Shown: positions 9,115 through 17,482 of the stretch, one piece after another
Layout of the letters: the number at the start of each line of letters is the position of its first letter
How positions within the stretch are numbered: position 1 is the first letter of the stretch
Source: an uncultured Candidatus Saccharibacteria bacterium
GTDB lineage: Bacteria; Patescibacteriota; Minisyncoccia; 2-02-FULL-40-12; GWA2-44-9
Direction: 5' to 3'
Assembly: GCA_964653875.1 (NCBI GenBank)
Contig: CAZZGH010000001.1
Location: forward strand, 564 to 62,472
DNA: 61,909 bases
Translations under genes and position numbers: made by a program
The notes under the pieces: model-generated
The model's input: only the letters and a program-made list of their open reading frames with translations
What the model was told of the DNA's origin: nothing
Databases searched by the model: none

Positions 9115-10037
9115 GATTTGAAGTCATTAAGACGATTTATAAAGCCGCGTTAGCCGACCCTAAGGTGGTTTTTCTAACCGGTGATCTGGGCCATGCCCAC
9201 TTAGATGATTTCAAAGAAAATTTACCCGGCCAATATTTTAATGTTGGTATTGCCGAACAAAACATGATAGGCATTGCTGCCGGACTTGCTCTTTCAGGAC
9301 ATAGGGTATTTGCTTATTCAATTGCTCCATTTGTAACCTTGCGGTGTCTTGAACAAATTAAGGTGGATATTTGTTATCAGAATGTCGGGGTTGTAGTTAT
9401 CGGAGTGGCTGCTGGTTATGCTTATTCTACATGCGGATGCACTCACCACGCAATTGAAGATATTGCGGCCATGAAAGCATTGCCGAATATGCAAATATAT
9501 TCGCCATCTAATCCGTTTGAGGGGCGCTTAATTACAGAGTATTTAATAAAAGCATCTCATCCTGCATACCTTCGCATTGGCAAAGGCGGGGAACCAAATG
9601 CCAAAAAAGAATACGATTTGAAAATTGGAAAAGGATTAGTTGTTAAGCCCGGCAAAGACATAACCATATTTGCCACCGGCACAGTTGTAAATGAGGCTGT
9701 TGCCGCAAGCAATATTTTGGAGCAACACGGAATCAGTACAGAGGTGATAAATATACACACCATAAAACCTTTGGATAAAGAACTTATTGAAAAAACGGCC
9801 CGAACAAAAGACGCGATATTTGTCTTAGAAGAACACAACATCATCGGCGGGCTTGGAGAAAGTGTGGCAAGAGTCATTTGCGAATGTGGCGGAAACAAGA
9901 AACCGATTTTCCGATGTCTAGGTATTCCCGATGAATATAATCATCGTGTCGGATGCCATCAATATATGTTAAGCTGTTACGATCTAAACGCAGAAGCAGT
10001 TGCTAGAAAAGTTATGAATCTATATCAAGCCCCCTAA
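9111..10037 (+). CDS. transketolase, C-terminal (pyrimidine-binding) subunit
   Basis: FNVGIAEQNMIGIAAGLA, plus a C-terminal domain with IHTIKPLD. Translationally coupled to 8296-9114. Confidence 0.85.
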   Translation: MRFEVIKTIYKAALADPKVVFLTGDLGHAHLDDFKENLPGQYFNVGIAEQNMIGIAAGLALSGHRVFAYSIAPFVTLRCLEQIKVDICYQNVGVVVIGVAAGYAYSTCGCTHHAIEDIAAMKALPNMQIYSPSNPFEGRLITEYLIKASHPAYLRIGKGGEPNAKKEYDLKIGKGLVVKPGKDITIFATGTVVNEAVAASNILEQHGISTEVINIHTIKPLDKELIEKTARTKDAIFVLEEHNIIGGLGESVARVICECGGNKKPIFRCLGIPDEYNHRVGCHQYMLSCYDLNAEAVARKVMNLYQAP

Positions 10038-10050
10038 CGGGGCTTTTTTG
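10028..10050 (+). terminator. rho-independent terminator overlapping the stop codon
   Basis: AGCCCC-ctaac-GGGGCT followed by TTTTT. Confidence 0.6.
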
Positions 10051-10079
10051 TTGACAGAAACCGCAAAAAAATACATAAT
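10051..10079 (+). promoter_or_regulatory. promoter: TTGACA, 17-nt spacer, CATAAT
   Basis: Lies immediately after the terminator. Consensus -35. Confidence 0.55.
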
Positions 10080-10114
10080 ACACGCCAAGAACTTTGAAAT
10101 TGGGGTAAAAAAAT

Positions 10115-10915
10115 ATGGACCTCAACCTTAGAGGAAAAACCGCACTTATTACCGGTTCAAGTCAGGGTATAGGCAAAGCATGCGCTATCGCTTTAGCCAA
10201 AGAGGGATGCAATGTCCTTTTATGTGCACAGAATGCTTCTAAGTTAAGAAGGGTTTATGTGAAAATTGAGGAAATGTATTCCAACATTAATGGAAACTGG
10301 GCAACAGTTGATGCGACTTCTCAAGAGAGTGTTAAGAACCTTTTGAGCCAGATTCATTGTCTTGATATCCTTGTAAATAATGTCGGCGGCGGAACTGGTA
10401 AACCCCTCGGTCTTTTTGAAATAAAGGAGGATGAATGGTTGAAAATATATCAACTGAATGTTTTAAGTATGATCTGGTTTACCAAGTACGCCCTGCCCTT
10501 ACTGGAAGCATCATCGCAAGCAAGAATTATCAACATTAGCAGCGCCACCTCTCATCAGCCGGGATTATACAATCCTCATTATGGAGCGGCAAAATCTGCT
10601 ATGGATTTTCTGACAAAGCGCATGGCTAACGAGCTTGCACCGAAAAGAATTTGCGTCAACGCAATCGGTCCCCATGCCGTTCTTTGTGAGAATTGGGAAA
10701 GAGATGTCCGGGATCGCGCAGAAACCTGCAAAATATCGCTAGAGGAGGCACGGACAATAATGACCGAAGAGGTTAATGCCAAAATACCGATGAACAGGCA
10801 AGGAACATCTGAAGATGTTGCCAATTTGGTGGTCTATTTAGCTTCCGCTCAAGCCAACTTTATTACCGGCACCTACATTCCGGTGGACGGCGGCACCCTA
10901 AAGGCGCGGCCATGA
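10115..10915 (+). CDS. short-chain dehydrogenase/reductase (SDR)
   Basis: TGSSQGIGKA glycine-rich loop, NNVG, and the catalytic S...YGAAK motif. Confidence 0.8.
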   Translation: MDLNLRGKTALITGSSQGIGKACAIALAKEGCNVLLCAQNASKLRRVYVKIEEMYSNINGNWATVDATSQESVKNLLSQIHCLDILVNNVGGGTGKPLGLFEIKEDEWLKIYQLNVLSMIWFTKYALPLLEASSQARIINISSATSHQPGLYNPHYGAAKSAMDFLTKRMANELAPKRICVNAIGPHAVLCENWERDVRDRAETCKISLEEARTIMTEEVNAKIPMNRQGTSEDVANLVVYLASAQANFITGTYIPVDGGTLKARP

Positions 10916-11913
10916 AATACAGACCGCTGGGAACTTCTGGAATTATGGTATCGGAAATAGGATTTGGCGGATGGGGTATCGGCGGAGCGACAGAAGGCGC
11001 CACCTCATATGGACCAACTGATGATAACGAATCAATAAGGGCTCTGGAAACAGCCTTTGATCAAGGAATAAATTTCTACGATACTGCGGGTGTCTACGGC
11101 AAAAGTGAAGAGTTAATAGGTAGGGTTTTTAAACACCGGCGAGGCCAAGTGGTTATTGGAACCAAAGTGGGATTTCTGGAGCATCATACCCCGCAAGATT
11201 TTTCTAGAAGAAATATTATCGCCACGCTCCAAAGAAGTTTAAAAAACCTGGACACGGATTATATTGATCTTCATCAACTCCACAACCCAGACATTCAAAA
11301 ATTACCCATGGCTGAAATCATAGACGCCTTAAAAGAATTGAAAACTCAAGGACTGGTTAGGGCGTTAGGTATTTCAGTCAAACACCCCGACCACGGTTTA
11401 GTGGCACTAGGATACGAAGAGTTTGATTCTATTCAAGTCAATCTAAGTATGATTGACCAACGAGCCGTTGATAATAAACTCTTGGTATTAGCCGAGAGAT
11501 TAGGCACAGGAATTATCGCGCGTACGCCTCTGAATTTCGGTTTCCTTACCGATAATGGAAAGACAATGGATCTGAATTTCGGCCCACAGGATCATAGGTC
11601 GGTTTGGCCCATCAAACAGAGAGAAGCATGGCAAAAAGCCGCTCGATTGTTAGCAGAAGTCCACACAGAAGATTCTTTAGCTATTTTGGCTCTTCGTTAT
11701 TGTTTAAGCGTTAAAGGGGTAAGTACTGTCATTCCTGGCATGCTTACCGTAAATGATGTTTTGGCGAATACTGCCGCAAAAGGACTGACAGCCTTGAGCC
11801 ATGAAACAATGAATAGAATTAAACGGGTATATAATGAGAATGGTCAGTTTTTTGTTAGACCGGGCCAAAGCAATAGCCAGGAGTTGTTTTATCCGGCTAA
11901 TGATATGGCCTAA
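10912..11913 (+). CDS. aldo/keto reductase
   Basis: GFGGWGIGG, INFYDTAGVYG, YIDLHQLHNPD and a C-terminal VIPGM motif. ATGA overlap with the SDR gene. Confidence 0.8.
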   Translation: MKYRPLGTSGIMVSEIGFGGWGIGGATEGATSYGPTDDNESIRALETAFDQGINFYDTAGVYGKSEELIGRVFKHRRGQVVIGTKVGFLEHHTPQDFSRRNIIATLQRSLKNLDTDYIDLHQLHNPDIQKLPMAEIIDALKELKTQGLVRALGISVKHPDHGLVALGYEEFDSIQVNLSMIDQRAVDNKLLVLAERLGTGIIARTPLNFGFLTDNGKTMDLNFGPQDHRSVWPIKQREAWQKAARLLAEVHTEDSLAILALRYCLSVKGVSTVIPGMLTVNDVLANTAAKGLTALSHETMNRIKRVYNENGQFFVRPGQSNSQELFYPANDMA

Positions 11914-11930
11914 AGCACTAAAATAAATTA

Positions 11931-11960
11931 AAAACCTCCAATTACTATGGGAGGTTTTTT
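11931..11960 (+). terminator. rho-independent terminator
   Basis: AAACCTCC...GGAGGTTT hairpin followed by TTTTTT. Confidence 0.6.
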
Positions 11961-11968
11961 GATTATTA

Positions 11969-11997
11969 TTGTCAAAAGACACATTTTGATGTATAAC
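11969..11997 (+). promoter_or_regulatory. promoter: TTGTCA, 17-nt spacer, TATAAC
   Basis: -35 at 11969-11974 and -10 at 11992-11997. Confidence 0.45.
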
Positions 11998-12031
11998 TAC
12001 CCCTAAGAACCTTAATAATTAAGGGGTGCAT

Positions 12032-14179
12032 ATGAGTTCAAAAATAATTCCCCTTACGATAAGAGCCGAAAGTCCTCCACCGACTTCAATTGTTTTAAAA
12101 CCAAAAAACAAGTTAAAAATAGGGCTTGTCCAGCTTAATAACAGCTTTTCCGATCAGAATTATTTTCCCCAGTCTGTGGGAATGATTCAAGCCTATGCTC
12201 AAAAATACCTGACCCATGCTGAAGACTATGACTTTCTTTTGCCACTTTTTACTTTTATGCCGATTGACGAGGCAATAGATAAGTTAAGCGATGCCCATGT
12301 TCTGGCCATTAGTCTTTATGTTTGGAATTTTGAAAATTCTATGGCCATAGCCAAAGAATTTAAGAGACGATACCCAGAACGGTTAGTCATCGTTGGTGGA
12401 CCTCATGTACCTGATAGCAAAAAACAATTTGCCAGAATAAAAAAAAGCGACCCCAAACCGGATGATCTTAAGCGTAAAAGAATGGGCATGACTGAAAAAT
12501 TTCATCAGGATAATCCTTATATTGATACTGCTGTTCATGGCGAGGGCGAAAGAGTGTTCAAAATGATTTTAGAGCAGGTGCCGGACAGCCTTGCCAATAA
12601 AAGCCGGATTCCCTCAATAAGTTATCTCGATTCGAATGGAACTTTTCATCATAATCCCAAACTTGAACGTATGCATGATTTGTCTGAAGTTCCTTCTCCA
12701 TATTTAGACGGGGTATTTGATACTCTTATGGCAGCTCATCCAGACCAAAAATGGATTGCGATGTGGGAAACTGATCGCGGCTGTCCTTATCAATGTACAT
12801 ATTGCGATTGGGGCGGTGCTATTGAAGATAAGATAAGCCTTTTTCCGCTTGATCGCATCACAAAAGAAACTTGGTGGTTCGCAGAAAGAAAAGTCCCCTA
12901 CATCTTTATCGCTAACGCCAACTTCGGACTTCCTAAACAGGATGTGCAAATTGCAAGAGTCCTGGCTGAAGTTAAAAAGGCTACTGGATATCCCGAAGGC
13001 GTATCTGTACAGAATGCAAAGAACCCCAAACCCCACACGTTAGAAGCTCTGAAAATTCTTCAAGAAGCCGGACTGAACAAGGCAACCGTAATGTCCATCC
13101 AGTCAAAAAATCGCGAAACCCTTGAAGCTGTTCGCCGACAAAACATGAAACCGGAAGAATATCAAATAATCCAAAAAGAACTAAGGGCTCAGGGTGTTTA
13201 CACAATGACTGATTACATCATTCCGATGCCCATGGAAACATACCAAAGCGTATTAGAAGGTGTTTCAAAAATTATTGAAGATGGACAACATGACAGAATT
13301 CAGTTTAATAATCTTTCCATATTGCCTAACGCAGAAATGGGCGATCCGGAATATCAAGAAGAATATGGAATGGAAATGGTTAGGACGCCAATAACGAACA
13401 TCCATGGCAAGAAAAATGCATCCATTAGCAGCATTGAAGAATACCAAGAACTTGTCATCGCAACCAGCACCATGTCTCGAGAAGAATGGATTAAAACTCG
13501 CTCATTCTGCTATGTGGTAGGGCTTATTTATTTCAACAAGCTCCTACAGATACCAATAATGATCCTGCATGAAGTTTATGGAATACCCTATCAAAAAATA
13601 TTTGAAGTATTTATGGAAACCCCAAGACGATCTAACAAATTTCCTGTTTTCGCCGAGTTGCTAGACTTCTTTGAGGAATTCTCTCGAGGCATTCAAAATG
13701 GTACAAACGAAGAGTTTTACCATTCTAAGGAGTGTCTCAATATTCTATGGCCTCCGGACGAATATGCATTTATAAAGATATGCAGAGAAGGAAAATTTGG
13801 TCAATTTTACGAAGAGGCATTGGCGATGATGACGAACCTCGTAAGTTCAAACCAATCTGCTGAACCGCTACTAGATGCGGTGAAGCTTAACAAATCCTTG
13901 ATAAAACTGCCGTTTCAAACTACTGATTTAGAAATGGCCTTATCTTATAATATTTGGGAGGTTTATAAGGCCGCACTTATTGAACAAGAGTTGGAACTTA
14001 AAAAAGGCATACATAATTATTCTGTTGACAGAACGACAAAATCAGATTCTGCAAACACTAACGCGAGATGGGACTCATGGGAAGAATGGTATGAAAAAAT
14101 GGTCTGGTGGTGCAACCGCCGAGGAGCATATCTCTATGGAAATAAAAATCCGCACACAGAGATTGCCGGTCATCACTAA
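12032..14179 (+). CDS. cobalamin (B12)-binding radical SAM enzyme, long form (~715 aa), paralog B
   Basis: Collinear with 6128-8200 (ISLYVWN...LVIVGGPHVPD, GCPYQCTYCDW, C-terminal AYLYGNK..EIAGHH). ATG at 12032 is preferred: AAGGGG lies 5 nt upstream, whereas the ORF track starts at GTG 12026. Confidence 0.8.
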   Translation: MSSKIIPLTIRAESPPPTSIVLKPKNKLKIGLVQLNNSFSDQNYFPQSVGMIQAYAQKYLTHAEDYDFLLPLFTFMPIDEAIDKLSDAHVLAISLYVWNFENSMAIAKEFKRRYPERLVIVGGPHVPDSKKQFARIKKSDPKPDDLKRKRMGMTEKFHQDNPYIDTAVHGEGERVFKMILEQVPDSLANKSRIPSISYLDSNGTFHHNPKLERMHDLSEVPSPYLDGVFDTLMAAHPDQKWIAMWETDRGCPYQCTYCDWGGAIEDKISLFPLDRITKETWWFAERKVPYIFIANANFGLPKQDVQIARVLAEVKKATGYPEGVSVQNAKNPKPHTLEALKILQEAGLNKATVMSIQSKNRETLEAVRRQNMKPEEYQIIQKELRAQGVYTMTDYIIPMPMETYQSVLEGVSKIIEDGQHDRIQFNNLSILPNAEMGDPEYQEEYGMEMVRTPITNIHGKKNASISSIEEYQELVIATSTMSREEWIKTRSFCYVVGLIYFNKLLQIPIMILHEVYGIPYQKIFEVFMETPRRSNKFPVFAELLDFFEEFSRGIQNGTNEEFYHSKECLNILWPPDEYAFIKICREGKFGQFYEEALAMMTNLVSSNQSAEPLLDAVKLNKSLIKLPFQTTDLEMALSYNIWEVYKAALIEQELELKKGIHNYSVDRTTKSDSANTNARWDSWEEWYEKMVWWCNRRGAYLYGNKNPHTEIAGHH

Positions 14180-14186
14180 AATTATA

Positions 14187-14214
14187 AATCTGAGATAAAT
14201 TCTCAGATTTTTTA
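14187..14214 (+). terminator. rho-independent terminator
   Basis: 9-bp stem AATCTGAGA/TCTCAGATT, 5-nt loop, T-run. Confidence 0.7.
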
Positions 14215-14300
14215 TTGGATACTTACGCTTGTACAAAGGTAAAATTTATGGTAAAAACTTAAACAATCTCGTTCCTTAAAACAGAAAAGAGGGTGCAACG

Positions 14301-15275
14301 TTGAAAGCATTAATCACGGGAATTGCCGGTTCCGGAGCCAGCTATTTGGCCGAATACATCATTGCCAATAAGCCTTCGGTTGAATTACACGGCACAATCC
14401 GCTGGCATAGCACTGTTTCCCAAAAAAATATTGAGGCAATTCATGGAAAAGCAATCATCCACGACTGCGATCTAAACGATCCGATGGCCGTTTGCCGTTT
14501 AATAAATGGAATAAAACCAGACACGATTTTCCATCTCGCATCTTACGCCAACGTAAGAAAGGCCTGGGACAATCCGGTTGGCGTTTTGCAAAATAATATC
14601 ATGAGTACGATATATCTTTTAGAAGCCGTCCGGTTAACTGGAATTAAACCCACAATTCAAATGTGCAGTACACCGGAAGTATATGGACAAGTTGACCCAA
14701 AAAATATTCCTATCGATGAAAACTGCCCGATTAACCCCAACAATCCCTACGCTGTTTCAAAGTACGCCCAGGAGTCGCTGGGATATTCTTATTTTAAAGG
14801 TCATAGTTTACCGATAATCATAACCAGAATGTCTACTTACATAAACCCGCGCCGAGAGGATCTATTTGCCACATCTTTTGCCATGCAAGTGGCCAGAATA
14901 GAAGCCGGCCTGCAAAAAGAATTGCTTCATGGTAATTTGGATTCTACAAGAACAATCCTCGACGCTAGAGATTGCGCTAGTGCTTACTGGGTAGCTATGG
15001 AAAAAGGTGAGCCCGGAGAGGCCTATAATATCGGCGGTAATAAAGTTGTAACCGTTGGAGAGTTTTTGGAAATCCTGAAAAAGAAAACCCGCTGTTCCAT
15101 TCCCTCCAAAGTGGACGAAGGACTGCTCCGTCCCGTGGATGCCACTTTGCAAATAATTAATACAGAAAAATTCTTTAAACAGACCGGCTGGCAACCCGTA
15201 TATGACTTTGAAGAAAGCATAGGATTTCTTCTTGAACATTGCCGTAAAAAAATTAGCCACGAAACCCCGCGATAA
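14301..15275 (+). CDS. NAD(P)-dependent sugar dehydratase/reductase of the Gmd/Rmd branch of extended SDRs
   Basis: TTG start. N-terminus ITGIAGSGASYLAEYII resembles the Gmd [12 protein letters not shown] motif. Also has NPYAVSK (YxxxK) and a degenerate INPRRED in place of NHESPRRGE. Confidence 0.65.
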   Translation: MKALITGIAGSGASYLAEYIIANKPSVELHGTIRWHSTVSQKNIEAIHGKAIIHDCDLNDPMAVCRLINGIKPDTIFHLASYANVRKAWDNPVGVLQNNIMSTIYLLEAVRLTGIKPTIQMCSTPEVYGQVDPKNIPIDENCPINPNNPYAVSKYAQESLGYSYFKGHSLPIIITRMSTYINPRREDLFATSFAMQVARIEAGLQKELLHGNLDSTRTILDARDCASAYWVAMEKGEPGEAYNIGGNKVVTVGEFLEILKKKTRCSIPSKVDEGLLRPVDATLQIINTEKFFKQTGWQPVYDFEESIGFLLEHCRKKISHETPR

Positions 15276-15290
15276 ACGGGGCTTTTATTT
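15264..15290 (+). terminator. rho-independent terminator overlapping the stop codon
   Basis: CCCCG-cgataaa-CGGGG followed by CTTTTATTT. Confidence 0.55.
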
Positions 15291-15313
15291 ATATCGGGGT
15301 TATGATAGTTTTT

Positions 15314-15370
15314 AGGGTAGCAGGATTAGAAAAATTATAAAATAGATAACTTTATTAATCCTACTACCCT
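15314..15370. repeat. 15-bp inverted repeat (14/15 paired) with a 27-nt AT-rich loop, ending 3 nt before the ATG at 15374
   Basis: AGGGTAGCAGGATTA (15314-15328) against TAATCCTACTACCCT (15356-15370). Confidence 0.8.
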
Positions 15371-15373
15371 TTT

Positions 15374-16459
15374 ATGCAAAATGTTGCCATATATTTAAGA
15401 ACTCGCGACCGATCTGATTTTGTTATCCGCCAACTGCAATATTACGCTTCCGTCAATTGTCCTCACCCGATTTATATTGGCGATGCCAGCAACGAAGAAC
15501 ATAGCGCCCGGATTAAGAATGCAATTAAATCCTTAGAAAATAAAATCGCAGTAACTTATAAGTTATATCAAGAAACTGAAAAATTCACCCAAGAAGATTC
15601 TCACGATGATCTTTTGTCCATAATCAAGGAAAAATACGGCGCTTGTGTCGGAGACGATGATTATTTTGTACCAAATTCTCTGACCAAATGCGCACAGTTC
15701 CTAGAAGAACATCCGGATTATGTCACGGCCAGCGGTTATGCGGTAAGTTTTCGTCTCAAGAATAATGGAATTTACGGTGAATTAAACTACATCGCAGATT
15801 ATCCCAGAAAACAGGTTGAGCATGAAAGGGCATCAGAAAGAGCCATCAAATTTTTTCAAGAATATTATACGCCGATGTTTTATGTTCACCGCATGGATTC
15901 AATGCGTAAATTTTGGCGCGCATCTAAAACCATACCCGATGTTCCTTTTGCCACTGAAATCCTTCCGTCCGTCTTATTGGTTGTCGAAGGCAAGTCTAAA
16001 GTAGTTGATTGTTTAAGTCTGGTCAGGCAAATTCACAACAGGCATTATGCCCTGCCCGGTTTTATCGACCGGATAACCGGCTCTGATTGGGGTAAGTCTT
16101 ATAAAATGTTCGAGGATGCAATGGCCAAAAATATCTCTGAAAAAGATAACATAACACGCGAGGAAGCCATACTGATTACAAGACAAGCTTTTTTGACCTA
16201 TCTAAAAAAGTACATAACAAAAGAATGTGGCGAGTATGATCAGGGTCCAAAAAGTAATTATATTAACAAAAACATTATGAAACCTCTTCGTTCTAAAATT
16301 ACCAGAACATTTCCTTTTCTTAAACATATCTACCGAACACAAGTAAAGCCGAGATTAACCGGAAAAAAGGAACTTCATTATGAAGTGCTCAAAGCCGGGT
16401 CTAAGTATCACAAAGACTTTAAGCCGATAATGGACTCGTTCACCGGCTTTATCAAATAA
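15374..16459 (+). CDS. hypothetical protein, possibly a GT-A-fold glycosyltransferase-like domain
   Basis: The N-terminus VAIYLRTRDRSDFVIRQLQYYAS...IYIGDASNEEH resembles the beta-alpha-beta plus D-x-S start of GT2-like domains seen in O-antigen loci. The call is weak. Confidence 0.4.
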   Translation: MQNVAIYLRTRDRSDFVIRQLQYYASVNCPHPIYIGDASNEEHSARIKNAIKSLENKIAVTYKLYQETEKFTQEDSHDDLLSIIKEKYGACVGDDDYFVPNSLTKCAQFLEEHPDYVTASGYAVSFRLKNNGIYGELNYIADYPRKQVEHERASERAIKFFQEYYTPMFYVHRMDSMRKFWRASKTIPDVPFATEILPSVLLVVEGKSKVVDCLSLVRQIHNRHYALPGFIDRITGSDWGKSYKMFEDAMAKNISEKDNITREEAILITRQAFLTYLKKYITKECGEYDQGPKSNYINKNIMKPLRSKITRTFPFLKHIYRTQVKPRLTGKKELHYEVLKAGSKYHKDFKPIMDSFTGFIK

Positions 16460-16489
16460 ATCGTCTCGGAAAATGCCTCGCTGGTCAAA

Positions 16490-17482
16490 TTAAAAGCTAT
16501 TAGCGGGATTATTATAAATTATTTGACTCCCTGAACTTTCAAATTTGAACGGAACATTAAGAAGATGTTGAAGAGCTTTTTTAACCAGCCGTTGTTTTTG
16601 GGGTTCTACAAACAAAAGCATAAATCCACCCCCGCCGGCTCCCAAAAGTTTTCCTCCAATGGCTCCGGCCGATCTTGCCCGATTATAGGCAAGGTCAATA
16701 GAATTATTGGACACATTTTCAGAAAGTGATCTTTTAAGAAGCCATGATTCGTGAAGCATCTCGCCAAATTTATTAAGATTCCCGTCTTTTAATACTTTAA
16801 CTGCCGGTTCAACCATAGAATACATTTTTGCGAGTTCATTTTTTCTGCTTTTAAAATTTCTAATTTTTTTCTTTTCAATATCCGATGATTTTCTTATTAT
16901 ACCAGTGAAAAATAATAAAAGATGGTCTTCGAATTGTTTCAAACGTTCGGAAGGTAGAGATACCGGCGTAACAATTATTCTATCATCAGGCAAAAAATCA
17001 ATCTTATTCAATCCGCCGAAAGCGACCGCTGTTTGGTCTTGCGAGCCAACGGCGTCTTTTATCATATTTTGTTCTATGTGGATAGCTTTTAGAGCAAGGT
17101 CATGTTTTTCCATTTTTTCTCCTTGTAAAGTGCGCAAAGCATGCAAAAGACCGACAGTAAAGGATGAGCTTGTGCCCATACCCGACCAAGCTGGCAGATC
17201 ACCTTGGTGATAAATTTCAATGCCCTTTTCAATGCCGGTGTGTTTAAGACAATTTCTGACCACGGGATGAAAAATCTGGTTGATCCTATTCGGCATTTCT
17301 ATTTTTGAATAAACGATCCTATGCTTATGATTAAAAAAGGGGGGAAGATAACGGCAAGTGACATAGCAGTACTTATTGACAGTCGTGCTTAAAACACTTC
17401 CGCCGTATTTGCGGTACCAAGCTGGCAGATCAGTGCCTCCTCCGAAAAAAGATATTCTATAAGGTGTCTGGGTTATAATCAT
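16490..17482 (-). CDS. GHMP-family sugar kinase (HddA/fucokinase-like, COG2605 type)
   Basis: N-terminus TPYRISFFGGGTDLPAWY, GHMP motif PAWSGMGTSSSF, and C-terminal GGKLLGAGGGGF. Confidence 0.8.
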   Translation of the reverse strand: MIITQTPYRISFFGGGTDLPAWYRKYGGSVLSTTVNKYCYVTCRYLPPFFNHKHRIVYSKIEMPNRINQIFHPVVRNCLKHTGIEKGIEIYHQGDLPAWSGMGTSSSFTVGLLHALRTLQGEKMEKHDLALKAIHIEQNMIKDAVGSQDQTAVAFGGLNKIDFLPDDRIIVTPVSLPSERLKQFEDHLLLFFTGIIRKSSDIEKKKIRNFKSRKNELAKMYSMVEPAVKVLKDGNLNKFGEMLHESWLLKRSLSENVSNNSIDLAYNRARSAGAIGGKLLGAGGGGFMLLFVEPQKQRLVKKALQHLLNVPFKFESSGSQIIYNNPANSF

